Part shown: positions 9,822 to 20,862 of the stretch, in pieces | Layout of the letters: every line of letters starts with the position of its first letter | Numbering within the stretch: the stretch's first letter is position 1 | Notes under the pieces: generated by a model | Told to the model about the DNA's origin: nothing | What the model saw: only the letters and a program-made list of their open reading frames with translations | Database searches by the model: none | Source of the DNA: Basidiobolus meristosporus CBS 931.73 | Taxonomy: Eukaryota; Fungi; Basidiobolomycota | Direction: 5' to 3' | Assembly: GCA_002104905.1 (NCBI GenBank) | Contig: MCFE01000314.1 | Span: forward strand, 1 to 64,000 | DNA length: 64,000 bases | Program-made: the position numbers and the translations under genes

Positions 9822-10769
9822 ATGATACCTTACTTCGTAATATGTGCATCGATGATGATGGCGACAGGTTTTGCTCTCGAGGACGACTGTGACCGGACCT
9901 CTCAGGTTGGTTTTCAGCCGAATTTCACTATGGAGTCTGGTGGCCTAACTAGAACCTATGCCATCAATATTCCCGACTCATACAACGATGATCCCTCCAA
10001 GAAATGGCCTTTGATCATTGATTTCCATGGCAACGGCGGGACCCCAGAGCAGCAATACGAGAATTCAATGTATTATGCATATCCAGATGGCCAGAAATAT
10101 GTTGTTGTTTACCCAGCGGGCGTAAAGAAGCATTGGCAAGGCCCCAGTTACGCCGTTCCTGGCGTAAATGATCTTCAATTTACCACCGATTTGCTCGCAG
10201 TTATCCGAGATAATTATCGTATCGATTCCGATCGTGTCTATGCTTCAGGAAAAAGTAATGGTGGAGGATTCGTTGACACCCTTGCCTGTTCGAACAATGG
10301 GGATGAATTTGCAGCTTTTGCAATGGCCGCAGCTGCCTTGTATACTGACACTTCGCGGGCCGGGTGCAACAAAAGCCGGCCAATTCTTGAAGCTCATGGC
10401 TTAGCAGATAAGACCATACCGTACAAAGGAACTTTGGACGGTAATGGGGGGCCTTTGCCTAGTATTCCCTCTTGGCTTGGTTGGTGGTCTTGGCGGGACG
10501 GATGTACCAAAGGGAGTGCACAAAAGACAACCGTAGCCAAAGCAGGTTACAACATCATCTCGTACACTTGCAATGCCTTCAACATGGTGGTGAAACATTA
10601 CCAGGTTCCAGGATTAGGTCATTGCTGGCCCAGCAGCACTGGTGACAATTATGATAGCCGAAAGTCGAGTTGTTCCGATCGATCCTTGGATTTCACCCCC
10701 GTGGTACTAGACTTTTTCAACACGTGGGATCTCACCAAGGCCTCAAGCCTACGTACACATTCTGAATAG
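9822..10769 (+). CDS. Secreted alpha/beta-hydrolase of the CE1 feruloyl-esterase-like / PHB-depolymerase family (315 aa)
   Basis: Intronless ORF with hydrophobic N-terminus MIPYFVICASMMMATGFA, PLIIDFHGNGG oxyanion region, G-K-S-N-G-G nucleophile elbow, HGLAD acid and GLGHCWP histidine. Confidence 0.85.
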   Translation: MIPYFVICASMMMATGFALEDDCDRTSQVGFQPNFTMESGGLTRTYAINIPDSYNDDPSKKWPLIIDFHGNGGTPEQQYENSMYYAYPDGQKYVVVYPAGVKKHWQGPSYAVPGVNDLQFTTDLLAVIRDNYRIDSDRVYASGKSNGGGFVDTLACSNNGDEFAAFAMAAAALYTDTSRAGCNKSRPILEAHGLADKTIPYKGTLDGNGGPLPSIPSWLGWWSWRDGCTKGSAQKTTVAKAGYNIISYTCNAFNMVVKHYQVPGLGHCWPSSTGDNYDSRKSSCSDRSLDFTPVVLDFFNTWDLTKASSLRTHSE

Positions 10770-12219
10770 GCCTATGCCATATACTATCCGTTCAAGACTA
10801 TGTTCAGAGGGAACTTGCATCATGCTGCACTGTTATCCACAGATGGACTGGGGCACGTTAACATTGTGTGTAAATAAATAACAGTTACTCATGTATTGGA
10901 TGATATGATTTCCAAGACTGAGGGTCTTGCGGGTCGCAAACAATCATCAAACGAAATAAGCAACGAGCGGTCATCTGGCGATAAGTAGAATTCCAAGTAG
11001 GAATCGATAGAAGGGGCATAGTATTGGGTACCAAGAAACAACACTCGTATTGACCTAGTAGTATGTGCATTTGAATAGTTTTGGTAGTCGATTATTCAAG
11101 GCTCACCGGATGGAGAATCTTTGCAGTAGATGACGGTGAAATGATAACTATCCAGCGACCTGAAGTGGTTGAAGAATATGATGCCCGCAAGAGTAGAAGC
11201 AAAATGTATTCCATTTATTCTATTTTTAGGTTCGGTTGATGCTGCTAATAATCTTGGTAATAATTTGCCATCTTACCACGATGTTATATCTACAAATGAT
11301 GGGAGATGCGTTTATACTGCTTTATCCTGGGTATCTGTGAAGTCAATGCCTATAACTCTTATCGTATTCTTGCTTATCAGAAGTGTGGTTTATCACATTT
11401 CTCTTTGATCGATATTTTAGCATACAGGTTCTCGCAGTAATGTAAGGATTTGACTGGTAGCTAGAGGCAACTTAGAAATGCTGAAAATCACGCATATTTG
11501 TCAATGAGTGAAGGTCATGGGACGAAGCATCGCAGATCAGCATGTAAGACTTATTCTGCGGCTCATGTCACAGGCATTAAGGTTGAGTTTTCATGCGGTT
11601 GTTACCCTAGTCATCCAGGGACTAACACGTCAAGTACTTAAAAGTGATATATCAAAAAAGAAGCAATATTAAATAACTCTTCAGAGGTAGGGCAGTTGCT
11701 TTTTAACATTTCAAATAAAGTTGTTGAAAGCCATTCATATTACTCATGAGTGAAGTGTTAAAATTCGCCAAAAATTGCTACTGTAAACGCAACACAACGC
11801 AAGGTTTTTGCAACCATTTCAAAAAAACAAAATGGTGGAGAGCATACTTGGAAGATTCCATTCACTTTGTCTGGACTCTGCATATCCTTTCTATGAGGTC
11901 CAAGCAATCTAATTTATTGGTGTAACCTGTACTTGTAAATACATATTGGCATGTTTATCTTTAGTCTAATGGAGTTTTCTTAACTCTAACCCTACATTTA
12001 GCTTACTTGAACTTAATAAATCATCAATGAGAATTGTGTGGCCATTGTACATCTTGCATTTACACCTGGCTGTCTCCATTGACTTGGCTATATTAATCTT
12101 TGACAAGATATTCTAATATTCATGAGCTATGACTAAGCTATTAAGATATTCAGGTGTAATTACAAAATGTAAATTAGAATTTGGATAGGAAGCAATAGAG
12201 CTCATTGCCTAAGCTCTTT

Positions 12220-12410
12220 TTTAGGATTCACCAGGAATGTTCTACCAGAATGTTAGATACTCAGTGCATGAGAATCTAATTAGTTGTCCAAATGCTCCAA
12301 GCCTTGCACCCATGCTTGTGGAAACTTCCTAAGAATATTGTACATGCTTGTCTTGCTCAGGCAATGAGTTTTAAGCATAAAATTGATATCTTTCCTTTCA
12401 CTAGGCCTGC
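12220..12410 (+). mobile_element. Degenerate LTR fragment of the same copia family (approximate bounds)
   Basis: GTTGTCCAAATGCTCCAAGCCTTGCACCCATGCTTGTGGAAACTTCC aligns by eye with the core of the 349-bp LTR (GTTGTCCAAACAGCCCCAAACTTTGCACACATGTTCTTGGGACCTTCC). Confidence 0.55.
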
Positions 12411-12648
12411 AGAAAATCAAACTTTACTGTGCATAAGCTATAACCTAAATAGCTAGATTGGATTTAGTATCTTGGTGAATGGTAGATTTATTAACTATGA
12501 GACCATTTTCAGAATATTCTATATTTATTTGCTGAAACCTTGTGAGCTCAGACATGCCACCTCTACACTTGGTTAACTACATATAGAAGCCCACATCATC
12601 TATTGGCTCTCTCAGTCCCATCCAATTTAGGTAAACCTCTCTTGTAAG

Positions 12649-12997
12649 TGTTGTAATTATTAAGTTGTCACCTAAATATTCATGCTAACTTAGTCACATA
12701 GATCTTATTCTTTGATTAGCATTCTGTCCTGACTAAATTTCTTGTCGGGATTTACTTAGAATATTTTCACCAAACTATCAGGTACCCAGATTATGATCTT
12801 TCTCAAAGTTGTCCAAAAGCCCCCAAACTTTGCACACATATTCTTGGAACCTTCCTTAGCAAACTCTACATGTTCTTTTGCGCTACTTTATCAAAAGTAT
12901 AAATACCATACTTTTGATCAATAAATCTATAGGTGAATAACATGTAAATCCTCTAGTTTTCAATATCACTTTCAATACTCCTCAGAATATTGCAACA
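12649..12997 (+). mobile_element. Solo Ty1/copia LTR (349 bp) with 5-bp target-site duplication
   Basis: TGTTG...CAACA termini; GTAAG on both sides (12644-12648 and 12998-13002); same length as and colinear with the LTRs at 60753-61101 and 61230-61578; internal TATAAATA and AATAAA. Confidence 0.92.
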
Positions 12998-14365
12998 GTA
13001 AGTAGATAGTGAATCTGGAATTGGGAAGCCCTTATATTAGAGTGATCAGATTTTGCAAACATTGAGAATCATTACATTTGTGTACTTGGTCATTGTAGCT
13101 AATTCTACCTACAATCTCTACTAGTTATTTTTGCTTCTTGTCAAACATTCCTCCAAGAGTAAATTGTATAAAGACTAGCAAGTTCTCAAGATACCTTGAA
13201 TAAAGTGCCTTGAAATAACTAAGCTCTGAGGGTATACTTAAGTAAGCTGTATTAGCCACAATACAAGCTTATATTTGTAACAAGTATGTTAAGGTACTTT
13301 ACAATCATTGCTACTTGGTGGATCAAGCTGCGCAATATGTACTTCTATTACTTTTCAGGCCCTCAAAGTCACTGCTAGCTATCATAATATATATGTATAT
13401 ACATGTGTTTTTTTAAATGGGTTATGTACATCTTGTAAGAGTCTCTGAGATGCTGGAAGTGGTTGGGAGGGCAAGCAGACTGCTTTCACTTGTTGATTTG
13501 ATAGATGCAAGAGTGGTATTTGTACTGGTACATGATCTTGGTAGCACAAAGGTGTACATTATTTTTCAGAAGATCTCCAGAGCATGTGAGCAAAGTATGA
13601 TTTTTTAATAGCTTCGAGAATTTTAACCAGAATGCCAAATGTCCAGAACATCAGAATTCTCAAAGTTAGGGCCGAAAATAGTCAAGCTTATAAGATATGA
13701 TCCAAGTGACAGTTAATGGAATATCATGGTGTAAATGCAAAATTTATAAATCATATATGGACAATATTTCACGATGTCAAGAGCTTATTGTTTCTTTTTG
13801 TGAAGATACAAATTAGCCTCTTGGCTTGTTGAGTTGAAGTGAAATTGTACCTTTGGCTAAGAAATTATCAAGTGTAGAAGTAAGTAGGGTATAATGTTTT
13901 AGGTTATTTACTCGGGCCTATAACTATTACTTCCTAGATACAACAATTCAAATTCAATAGTAGGTACTTGTTAAATTTTCAAATAGGCTGCTTAGTATCA
14001 AACCCTTATGTTCAATGAGTACCATCACTACAGTTTTTGTGTCATAGTTTAGATTTATATAGAGCTCAATAAGCATTGTATTTTGTTTGAGTCTTGCTTG
14101 AGAACAACGGGCTTGATTACTGGCATAATCCTATATCAATTTCAAAACTGCTCTCTTCCTAGCCCACTTAGTAGTCATGAACATCAAACAACCAATGCAA
14201 GCACCAAAACGTCTGTGCATAATACGAGTGGACGTTAATGAAACCTTGTGCAACCCGCAATTTATTCTTCCCGGTCATATTTTGATGATAATGAATCCGG
14301 ATGTTTGATCTAGTCTGATAATATTCAATACATATGCATAATTGACCTCCCCACAAACTCTGCAG

Positions 14366-14845
14366 TCACTTGGATGTCACAGTTGGCTCGGTTGAAATGG
14401 TCGAACCTGGATTGCCCCAGGAGGTGGTCCAGGATGATGACCATGATGTAGCCCACGACCCGCCAGAACTGGTTGTCCCTGGGGCCGGGGTTCCAACTTG
14501 GGTAGAATTGGCCGAGGAGGATGAACTCAATGGACTATTACTGGGTGTTGAAGCTGATCCTAGTGTGCTGCTGCTGACTGATGCGACGGTGGATGAAGGT
14601 GATGCTGATGAACTACTGCCGACCAATGCGCCAGTTGTCGAGACAGAGCTATCACTGACTGGCGAATTGATCGAGGAGGCACTCGTTGGAGCAACGCTAC
14701 TAATTATGGAGCTTGCCGCGTTTGAGACTGCCGAGCTTGGAGTAACTATGCTAGTCACATTGATTGATGGAATAGTAGGCACCGCTGCACCACTGCCTGC
14801 AGCAACAATGGAAGCTAAGACGCAAAGGATTGAGATTGAATGCAT
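14366..14845 (-). CDS. Secreted Ser/Thr-rich (mucin-like) protein, 159 aa
   Basis: Signal peptide MHSISILCVLASIVAAGSGA, very high Ser/Thr/Pro content, C-terminal WATSWSSSWTTSW motif. Confidence 0.7.
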   Translation of the reverse strand: MHSISILCVLASIVAAGSGAAVPTIPSINVTSIVTPSSAVSNAASSIISSVAPTSASSINSPVSDSSVSTTGALVGSSSSASPSSTVASVSSSTLGSASTPSNSPLSSSSSANSTQVGTPAPGTTSSGGSWATSWSSSWTTSWGNPGSTISTEPTVTSK

Positions 14846-15076
14846 GGTTGGAAGATGTGTATTCTGCTTTGACCTCCAGCATACTTATACCTAAACCACT
14901 CCTGGTTTCCAGCTTCAGCAGTGACAAAAACCTTGGCGGCCTCAGTCCAATTGGGAACCAAGTCTAGTTTTCTGAAGACTAGAGCAGTCTTCCAAAAACC
15001 ATTCATTCGTCCAGCCGAGCAATTAACTGACTACCACTATGCGATCGTTATGCAAGGTGAAACAGTTGTCGAATGG

Positions 15077-15465
15077 ATGTTGGTGATAAGTATCTTCCAC
15101 ATATCGCCCTTCACTATCTCTGGCGTCATTCTTACCACTACTCTTCTAATCCTTCCATCCTTCCTGACTGTATGTGCACATACTCAGAACTGCGAAAACG
15201 ACTGCTCAATCAACAAGTGTGCAAACGAATGTAAATTATGTCATCTATCTCAAATGGAGTAAGTTAATACATGTTAATTACCTGTGATCAGAAAATTTTG
15301 AAAATATTCATGATCCAGAGACCTCGTGATGATTCGTCAAACCAAGCAGGTAAGTGGAGAAGCGTACACGCTTTTTATTCAAGACAAGAAATTCAGGAGC
15401 TTTACTGTGTAATATTTTGTGCAAAATCCAAGGGCACAAAGAAAATATATCATCAAGAGCCCTAA
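15077..15465 (+). CDS. Possible small Cys-rich secreted protein (tentative three-exon model)
   Basis: Hydrophobic stretch then CENDCSINKCANECKLC. GTAAGT donors at 15259 and 15350 with CAG acceptors would join in frame to ELYCVIFCAKSK...HQEP-stop. Confidence 0.3.
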
Positions 15466-17972
15466 CCCTCCGACACACCCACTTGGCCGCAAAATTCAAC
15501 TCCCTCAACTTTTGTTGGTGAGAAATACCTAAACACCTTATATGAGGTAAAATATTGACAAACAGCATACTCAACACTATCAAATAATTCTCAGAATCGG
15601 GATCACACCAAGCTCCATAATCAATTCGTTAATATGCTCATGAGCAAAAATTAATGCTTGCAAAATTCAATTTGACAGTTGCATGGCTACAAGAGGTAGG
15701 TGATAATAGACAATCCGCCATGTCACTTCCATAACCGCTCGTTTTCTTTCTAAAACCTCCCTAATATTGGTAATTAATCGATTAGTCGATACGACTCATC
15801 ACATTTTCACCTCGACCGGACAAGACAATAAAGCATCCTTGAAATGGCTATTTTCCAACCATAGAAATAACTGGTTGTAACTTAATTATACGGTCATTCC
15901 TCGGTGATGTGGTCGTGAGGATGAAATACACCAAGACCCAGATAATGGGCCTAATGAGTACCAGTCAAGATGAGGCGCTTTCTAGATACAGGAAATCACT
16001 GTGTTTAAACTGAGCAAGTTGTTCATTCTTGCGCATATCACAAATAAATCTTGAAGGAATCCTGATTGGATGGGTGATGCAATCATGAGATAGGTTCCAA
16101 CCCCCAACCCTCCATTGAATGAGAAAACCACCAAATTACAATCACAATGACTGCCGAAGCGAATAGTTCCACCAAAATCCATCCTCATCATGCAGCCCTT
16201 TTCTAACACCCAGTCCATCCCCCCCCAAAAAAACCACAATATTACCAAAAATCGGGATATTTCCGAGGCGAATTCTCGAGCTATTTTCCGTGGCATCCAT
16301 CCCATCCAGTTTCCCCACCAATATGGAAGCCATTGTTCATCTGCCAGATGATGATACCATTCGATAGGCCGTTCGATAGGCCGCTCGATAGGCAATTATG
16401 GACGGATCTAAGTGTCGGTTTCATCATGTTAAATTCCACCTCAATAATAACAATAGGAGCAATTCGATTTCACACGATGTTGCTAATTTTGCGACGCAAT
16501 ACAAGGCGAATTGGAGGAAATTTTGCACAAAAAGGATCATGTTTCCTGAAATGGCCGCCGCTTTGGTTGGATCCTACCTCACCGAAATGGTAGCCAAGTC
16601 TTGGATGGCGACGGGCATTTTAAGGGGAGCAATAATAGGCACCTATCGCACCCATCGCACCCATCGCACCTTTCGTCCATAGGCACTCATCTAATCTAAT
16701 CAAGTGGATGGGGCCTCTGATGGGTAAATTGTATTGCTAGTACTTCATTCAAGCAATTGGACGTGGATCATCCCCCAATAAACGACCATCAATAAAACAG
16801 GGGGAGGAATTTTCCCTCAGAATCTTCCGGAATTCTTATCTAGTCCAAACGGATGATACTGGAATGCATCTGACAGGGTTAGGGTTATTATTATCGATGT
16901 CCAAAATATAGCCTAATCCGGGTGGGATTGGTGATGTTCGTGGGACATGGGCGTGGAAGCGGACGTGGATGCAGATGCGGGTGCGGGTGCGGGTGCGGAT
17001 GTGGAAGTGCAGGGCGGCTAAAGGGATGGGGATGCAAGTGGCTGGATATGGATAGGCTTAGAGAGCTGATGATGAGTCCATGCTGATGTATCAGCGAGGT
17101 TAGGGTATTTGGCGATAATGCGAGGGCTCCACGTGAATCGAGCCCATTCTCACACAAATCCGGTTTTGGGATCGCATGCTCATCACCAGCGCGGATGCCC
17201 AAGAGGTGAGTGAAGACGGGTCATTTGGTACGGCATATGATTTACTCTGGGACTACTTGAGAACATCCTGATGCGAAGATTGCTAATTTTGTATCGGGTG
17301 AACTCTTTGTTTATTCAAGTCAAAATCTGGGGGGTGGATTCTTTTACGGATCAACTCCCCTCCAGTCAGATATCATCCACCCAAAGTGCAGTCACACTCG
17401 GGCGCAGATATTTCAGGGTGCAAAATTTGTGGTTGTAGCGGATGAAAGAGATTTTCTATTTGGATATTACAAGTACAAGTACACAACAACATATGGCAAT
17501 GAAAAGAATTCATGTTTCGATTTCACTGGAAATCGCAACTCGGGGGGAGATGTACAGGCTCTAGTGACTTTCCCCCAAAACTATGTGGGATTTCGGAATG
17601 CGGTTCCGAAGAGAAGGGGTCGTGAAGGATGGTTCATTATATTAGTAATGGGAATAGGTGCTAGATAAGGTGGGATACAACCGTGGTCGTGTGCGTGATT
17701 CAGTAATCGCCAGGAAAACATATCTCGACAATCACTGCGAGTGGAGATGTCCCCACTACGCACTCTAAATACACGAATGTCGGATGGTGTTCGCGGACAT
17801 GAATAATGATGCAAAGAAGCTATCCATTACGGGAAAGACATTTGTTGGCGCAGGGCCATCGCACAAGGTGCGCTATAGTGCGTGTGAGTAAACACAGTTC
17901 CGGAATGAAGGGTTGACAGCAGCGTGTCTTTGAAACTCTATACTCTGGAGGTATTCCAGCTTCGAGTCGAAA

Positions 17973-18968
17973 TTACATAGCAAACCCATTCACCGGAAGC
18001 GAGTAATACTGGCTGAAATTTGAGTAGTTCAAATTTTGAGGATAGGTAAGATCGATGCAACTAGGTGAGGAGACTTTGTAGGCGTTGAGTCCGTATAGGG
18101 TTGGCGATGTGCTGTTCCTGGGAGAGCGTACCAACACCTTCTGGCCCATGGTCCTATGCAGGGAGTCTTGTAGCAAGACCTGTTGCCAGTTGTGACCATA
18201 GCCTGAGTGCGCATACATACGCTGCTGAGCTTTCTGGCGCCTTTGGCGTTCGTGTTGACGTTGCAGCTCGCTGCGTCTGTGTTCAAAGCGCTTTTGCCGC
18301 GCCAAATCGTCCTGAAGAAATACTCCGAAGTTGTGAACCAGCCAACGCTCGCCATTCATGAAGGTGAAGTTCTCCAGAGTGTCCAACCAAGTCCCAAACT
18401 CTAGTTCTGTGACGTGGACGTGGAAGTTGATACAGGTGAGGAACTCCATTTCCATCAAATTCAACTCCTCCAAAGTCATTCCGGAGATGTCGGACCAGGT
18501 CTTGTTCGTGTATGTGTGGTCCTCGAGATATTTGTTCGATAGCATCAAAGCAACAGTGAATATTCTAAACTCGGAGCCTTGTCGGCCACGAATGTATGGA
18601 TTCAACGTAGTGAACCGATGGATATACTTGAGCGTAAGCGCCACACCACTAGGAGTAATGGAAGCGGCCTTCAAGATATCCAGGCAAAAGCGACGAAAGC
18701 TCGACGATACATCGGCATATCTACTCTTTCCGTACCATAAGTGAAATACAGTTTGTGCAGCAAAATCGGCCAGATACGTGTTGTCGGTTGTGGAGGAGGA
18801 GTCGAAGGAGGGGGAGGGCGAAGGAGTGAGTGGCTCTATGCTTTGGGCATAACGAAGTGGTGGAAGGGTGGAAGGGATTTGCAAGGCGGAGCAGTGCTTG
18901 CTGAGCGAGTAGCAAGCAAGCGTGTCGGATATGTTGAGAAGTGAAGAGTCAGACATATTTGAATACAT
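17973..18968 (-). CDS. Pho80/Pcl/Clg1-type cyclin (331 aa, intronless)
   Basis: Cyclin box motifs: ALTLKYIHRF, FRIFTVALMLSNKYLEDHTYTNKTWSDISGM, LNLMEMEFL. Confidence 0.9.
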   Translation of the reverse strand: MYSNMSDSSLLNISDTLACYSLSKHCSALQIPSTLPPLRYAQSIEPLTPSPSPSFDSSSTTDNTYLADFAAQTVFHLWYGKSRYADVSSSFRRFCLDILKAASITPSGVALTLKYIHRFTTLNPYIRGRQGSEFRIFTVALMLSNKYLEDHTYTNKTWSDISGMTLEELNLMEMEFLTCINFHVHVTELEFGTWLDTLENFTFMNGERWLVHNFGVFLQDDLARQKRFEHRRSELQRQHERQRRQKAQQRMYAHSGYGHNWQQVLLQDSLHRTMGQKVLVRSPRNSTSPTLYGLNAYKVSSPSCIDLTYPQNLNYSNFSQYYSLPVNGFAM

Positions 18969-20862
18969 GATTTGAACCGCAAAATCCAAACTCTTGATGT
19001 CAATCAGCTAACTGGTAACTCGTATTTTTTACAACCAAAAAATTCAATGGCACTGAACAATCGTCTACAGCGGTGATGGGAGGGTTATATACGGCATGTA
19101 GTAAATAAAATCATGATCAGACAATGGCTATCAGTTATTAATATAGAATCAATAGAACTTTTTATTTCATCGAACAACTTTCATATTTTTGTTTTCTTCT
19201 GCTTATTTTTACCCAGATTTCGCGGATTTCGATGGATTGACCCACCTGCGGGCCAGCCTGCGGATAATATTTCATTATTGAATCTACGTAATTGGATCAG
19301 AGGTGTTTGTACATAGAGACACTTGATTAAAGGTTTGGCGAGGGAATGACATCGCAGCCATTGGCCAGGATCGGATTTGGAATGCGTGAAATATGTGAGA
19401 GCCTGTAGTTGAATTTCCGCCTTAGTCCACCTTCACTCAAGCGTTTCGTACACTCCAGTTTGTAATCAAAAAATGGGCCCCATTTGTCTACGAATGTTTA
19501 GAGATATGTGCTTTCCCGAATCGGCAAAGGGGTGCTTCTTGCAAAGAGCCGCCTCTGGTTTGATTGCTCGGAGATGCACTTGCCGAAAGCAACCATCTCG
19601 TTTCATGGACTGGGATTTCGATGATTTAGATGATTTAGATTATCTTTTTTATTCATGCGTATTACACGTATCGTGGCCAATCCCCGGCCATATCAGGCAG
19701 ATCAGGAGGTCAGTTGATAGCCCAAGTGGGAAACCCTAACCATTGACGAAAACGAAACATCCTGAGGGCGATGATTGGCCCTAGAAGACCCCGTTATTCT
19801 GCTAAGATGTTGATTAAATTGTCTGGATTCTCGCCATTGTCGCCAAATCCCGCGACCATTGATGAAAGTATGGGAAATGACCGATGCAAAGCGGCTGAGT
19901 GGTGGAAATTGATCGGTAATCGCGATGAGTGGTGGGTAATGCCCGATAACCCTGGATAAATGATGGTCAAGTGGAGGTTGGAAATGCTGATCTAGGCTAA
20001 TACATCAACAACCTCACCGCTCTGATTGGAATGGCCACAGAGACGTTGATTGGTGATGGCATAAATGAATTCGTTAGGAAATGTGTGCTTCACTTCACAG
20101 ACAATCATATCTGGATCTTTGTAAAACACCGGTGAATGTTGTAACAGACAGACCCCTGTCCTTGCAAGGAATCACGCGGTGTAATGAAGAGATCAAAGCA
20201 CGTTTCATAAGCCATATGGACTTGGAATCAGAGCTGCGTATCAGACCAATGGCATCGCCCGACCCACTCGCCAACAATGAGCCAGTGCCATGAATGAGTA
20301 CGTCATCCCATTGGCCAGGCCGGTGCCCTTCGCCCTCGTATTTTAGGGTCTGTTTTAGTCAGGGATCCCTCGTACTCTAGGGTTAGGATTGAGCAAAAAT
20401 ATCCGTATTCATGATCTTGCATACAATGTGGTACTGGTGATAAGGAGTAGTAGTCATCCTCCAATAGCAGGGGCGATTCCATTGAGAAAGATCCGAGTAG
20501 CTCCCCTCAAAATGGGCCGCCTAGACACTCGACTTGTTGGCGGCTATTTTTGGCTGTGGATTGATCATTAACAATGGTGAAACTCATGCAAAGCTATTAT
20601 TATGTATGCGATGTTTTATACGCTTCGTACGCGAGCGTAGGGAATTAATCACTGGCTGGGTGCCGAGGGATGGTCTCTTATCGGGCACATCTACTTGGTT
20701 GCATTCATGGTTTTATGTATTAAACAGCTGAGTCAATGCTTTTTACAGAGTCAAGAATATGGTTCATTAAGGTTGGGCGATTATTCTAGACTCAATATAT
20801 GAGGGAGTGAGGGCCGAATGAGGTTTCTGCATAAATTATTCGTGAAATCATGCATATATGCA

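Noticed and set aside
13850-13877. U2 snRNA 5'-like words (CTTTGGCTAAGA...ATCAAGTGTAG)
   Set aside because: Interrupted by an insertion, lacks GTAGTA and the rest of U2; probably chance.
16359-17202. Short repeats (TCGATAGGC x3, CGCACCCAT x2-3) and a His/Pro-repeat ORF
   Set aside because: Simple-sequence slippage in intergenic DNA; no coherent gene model.
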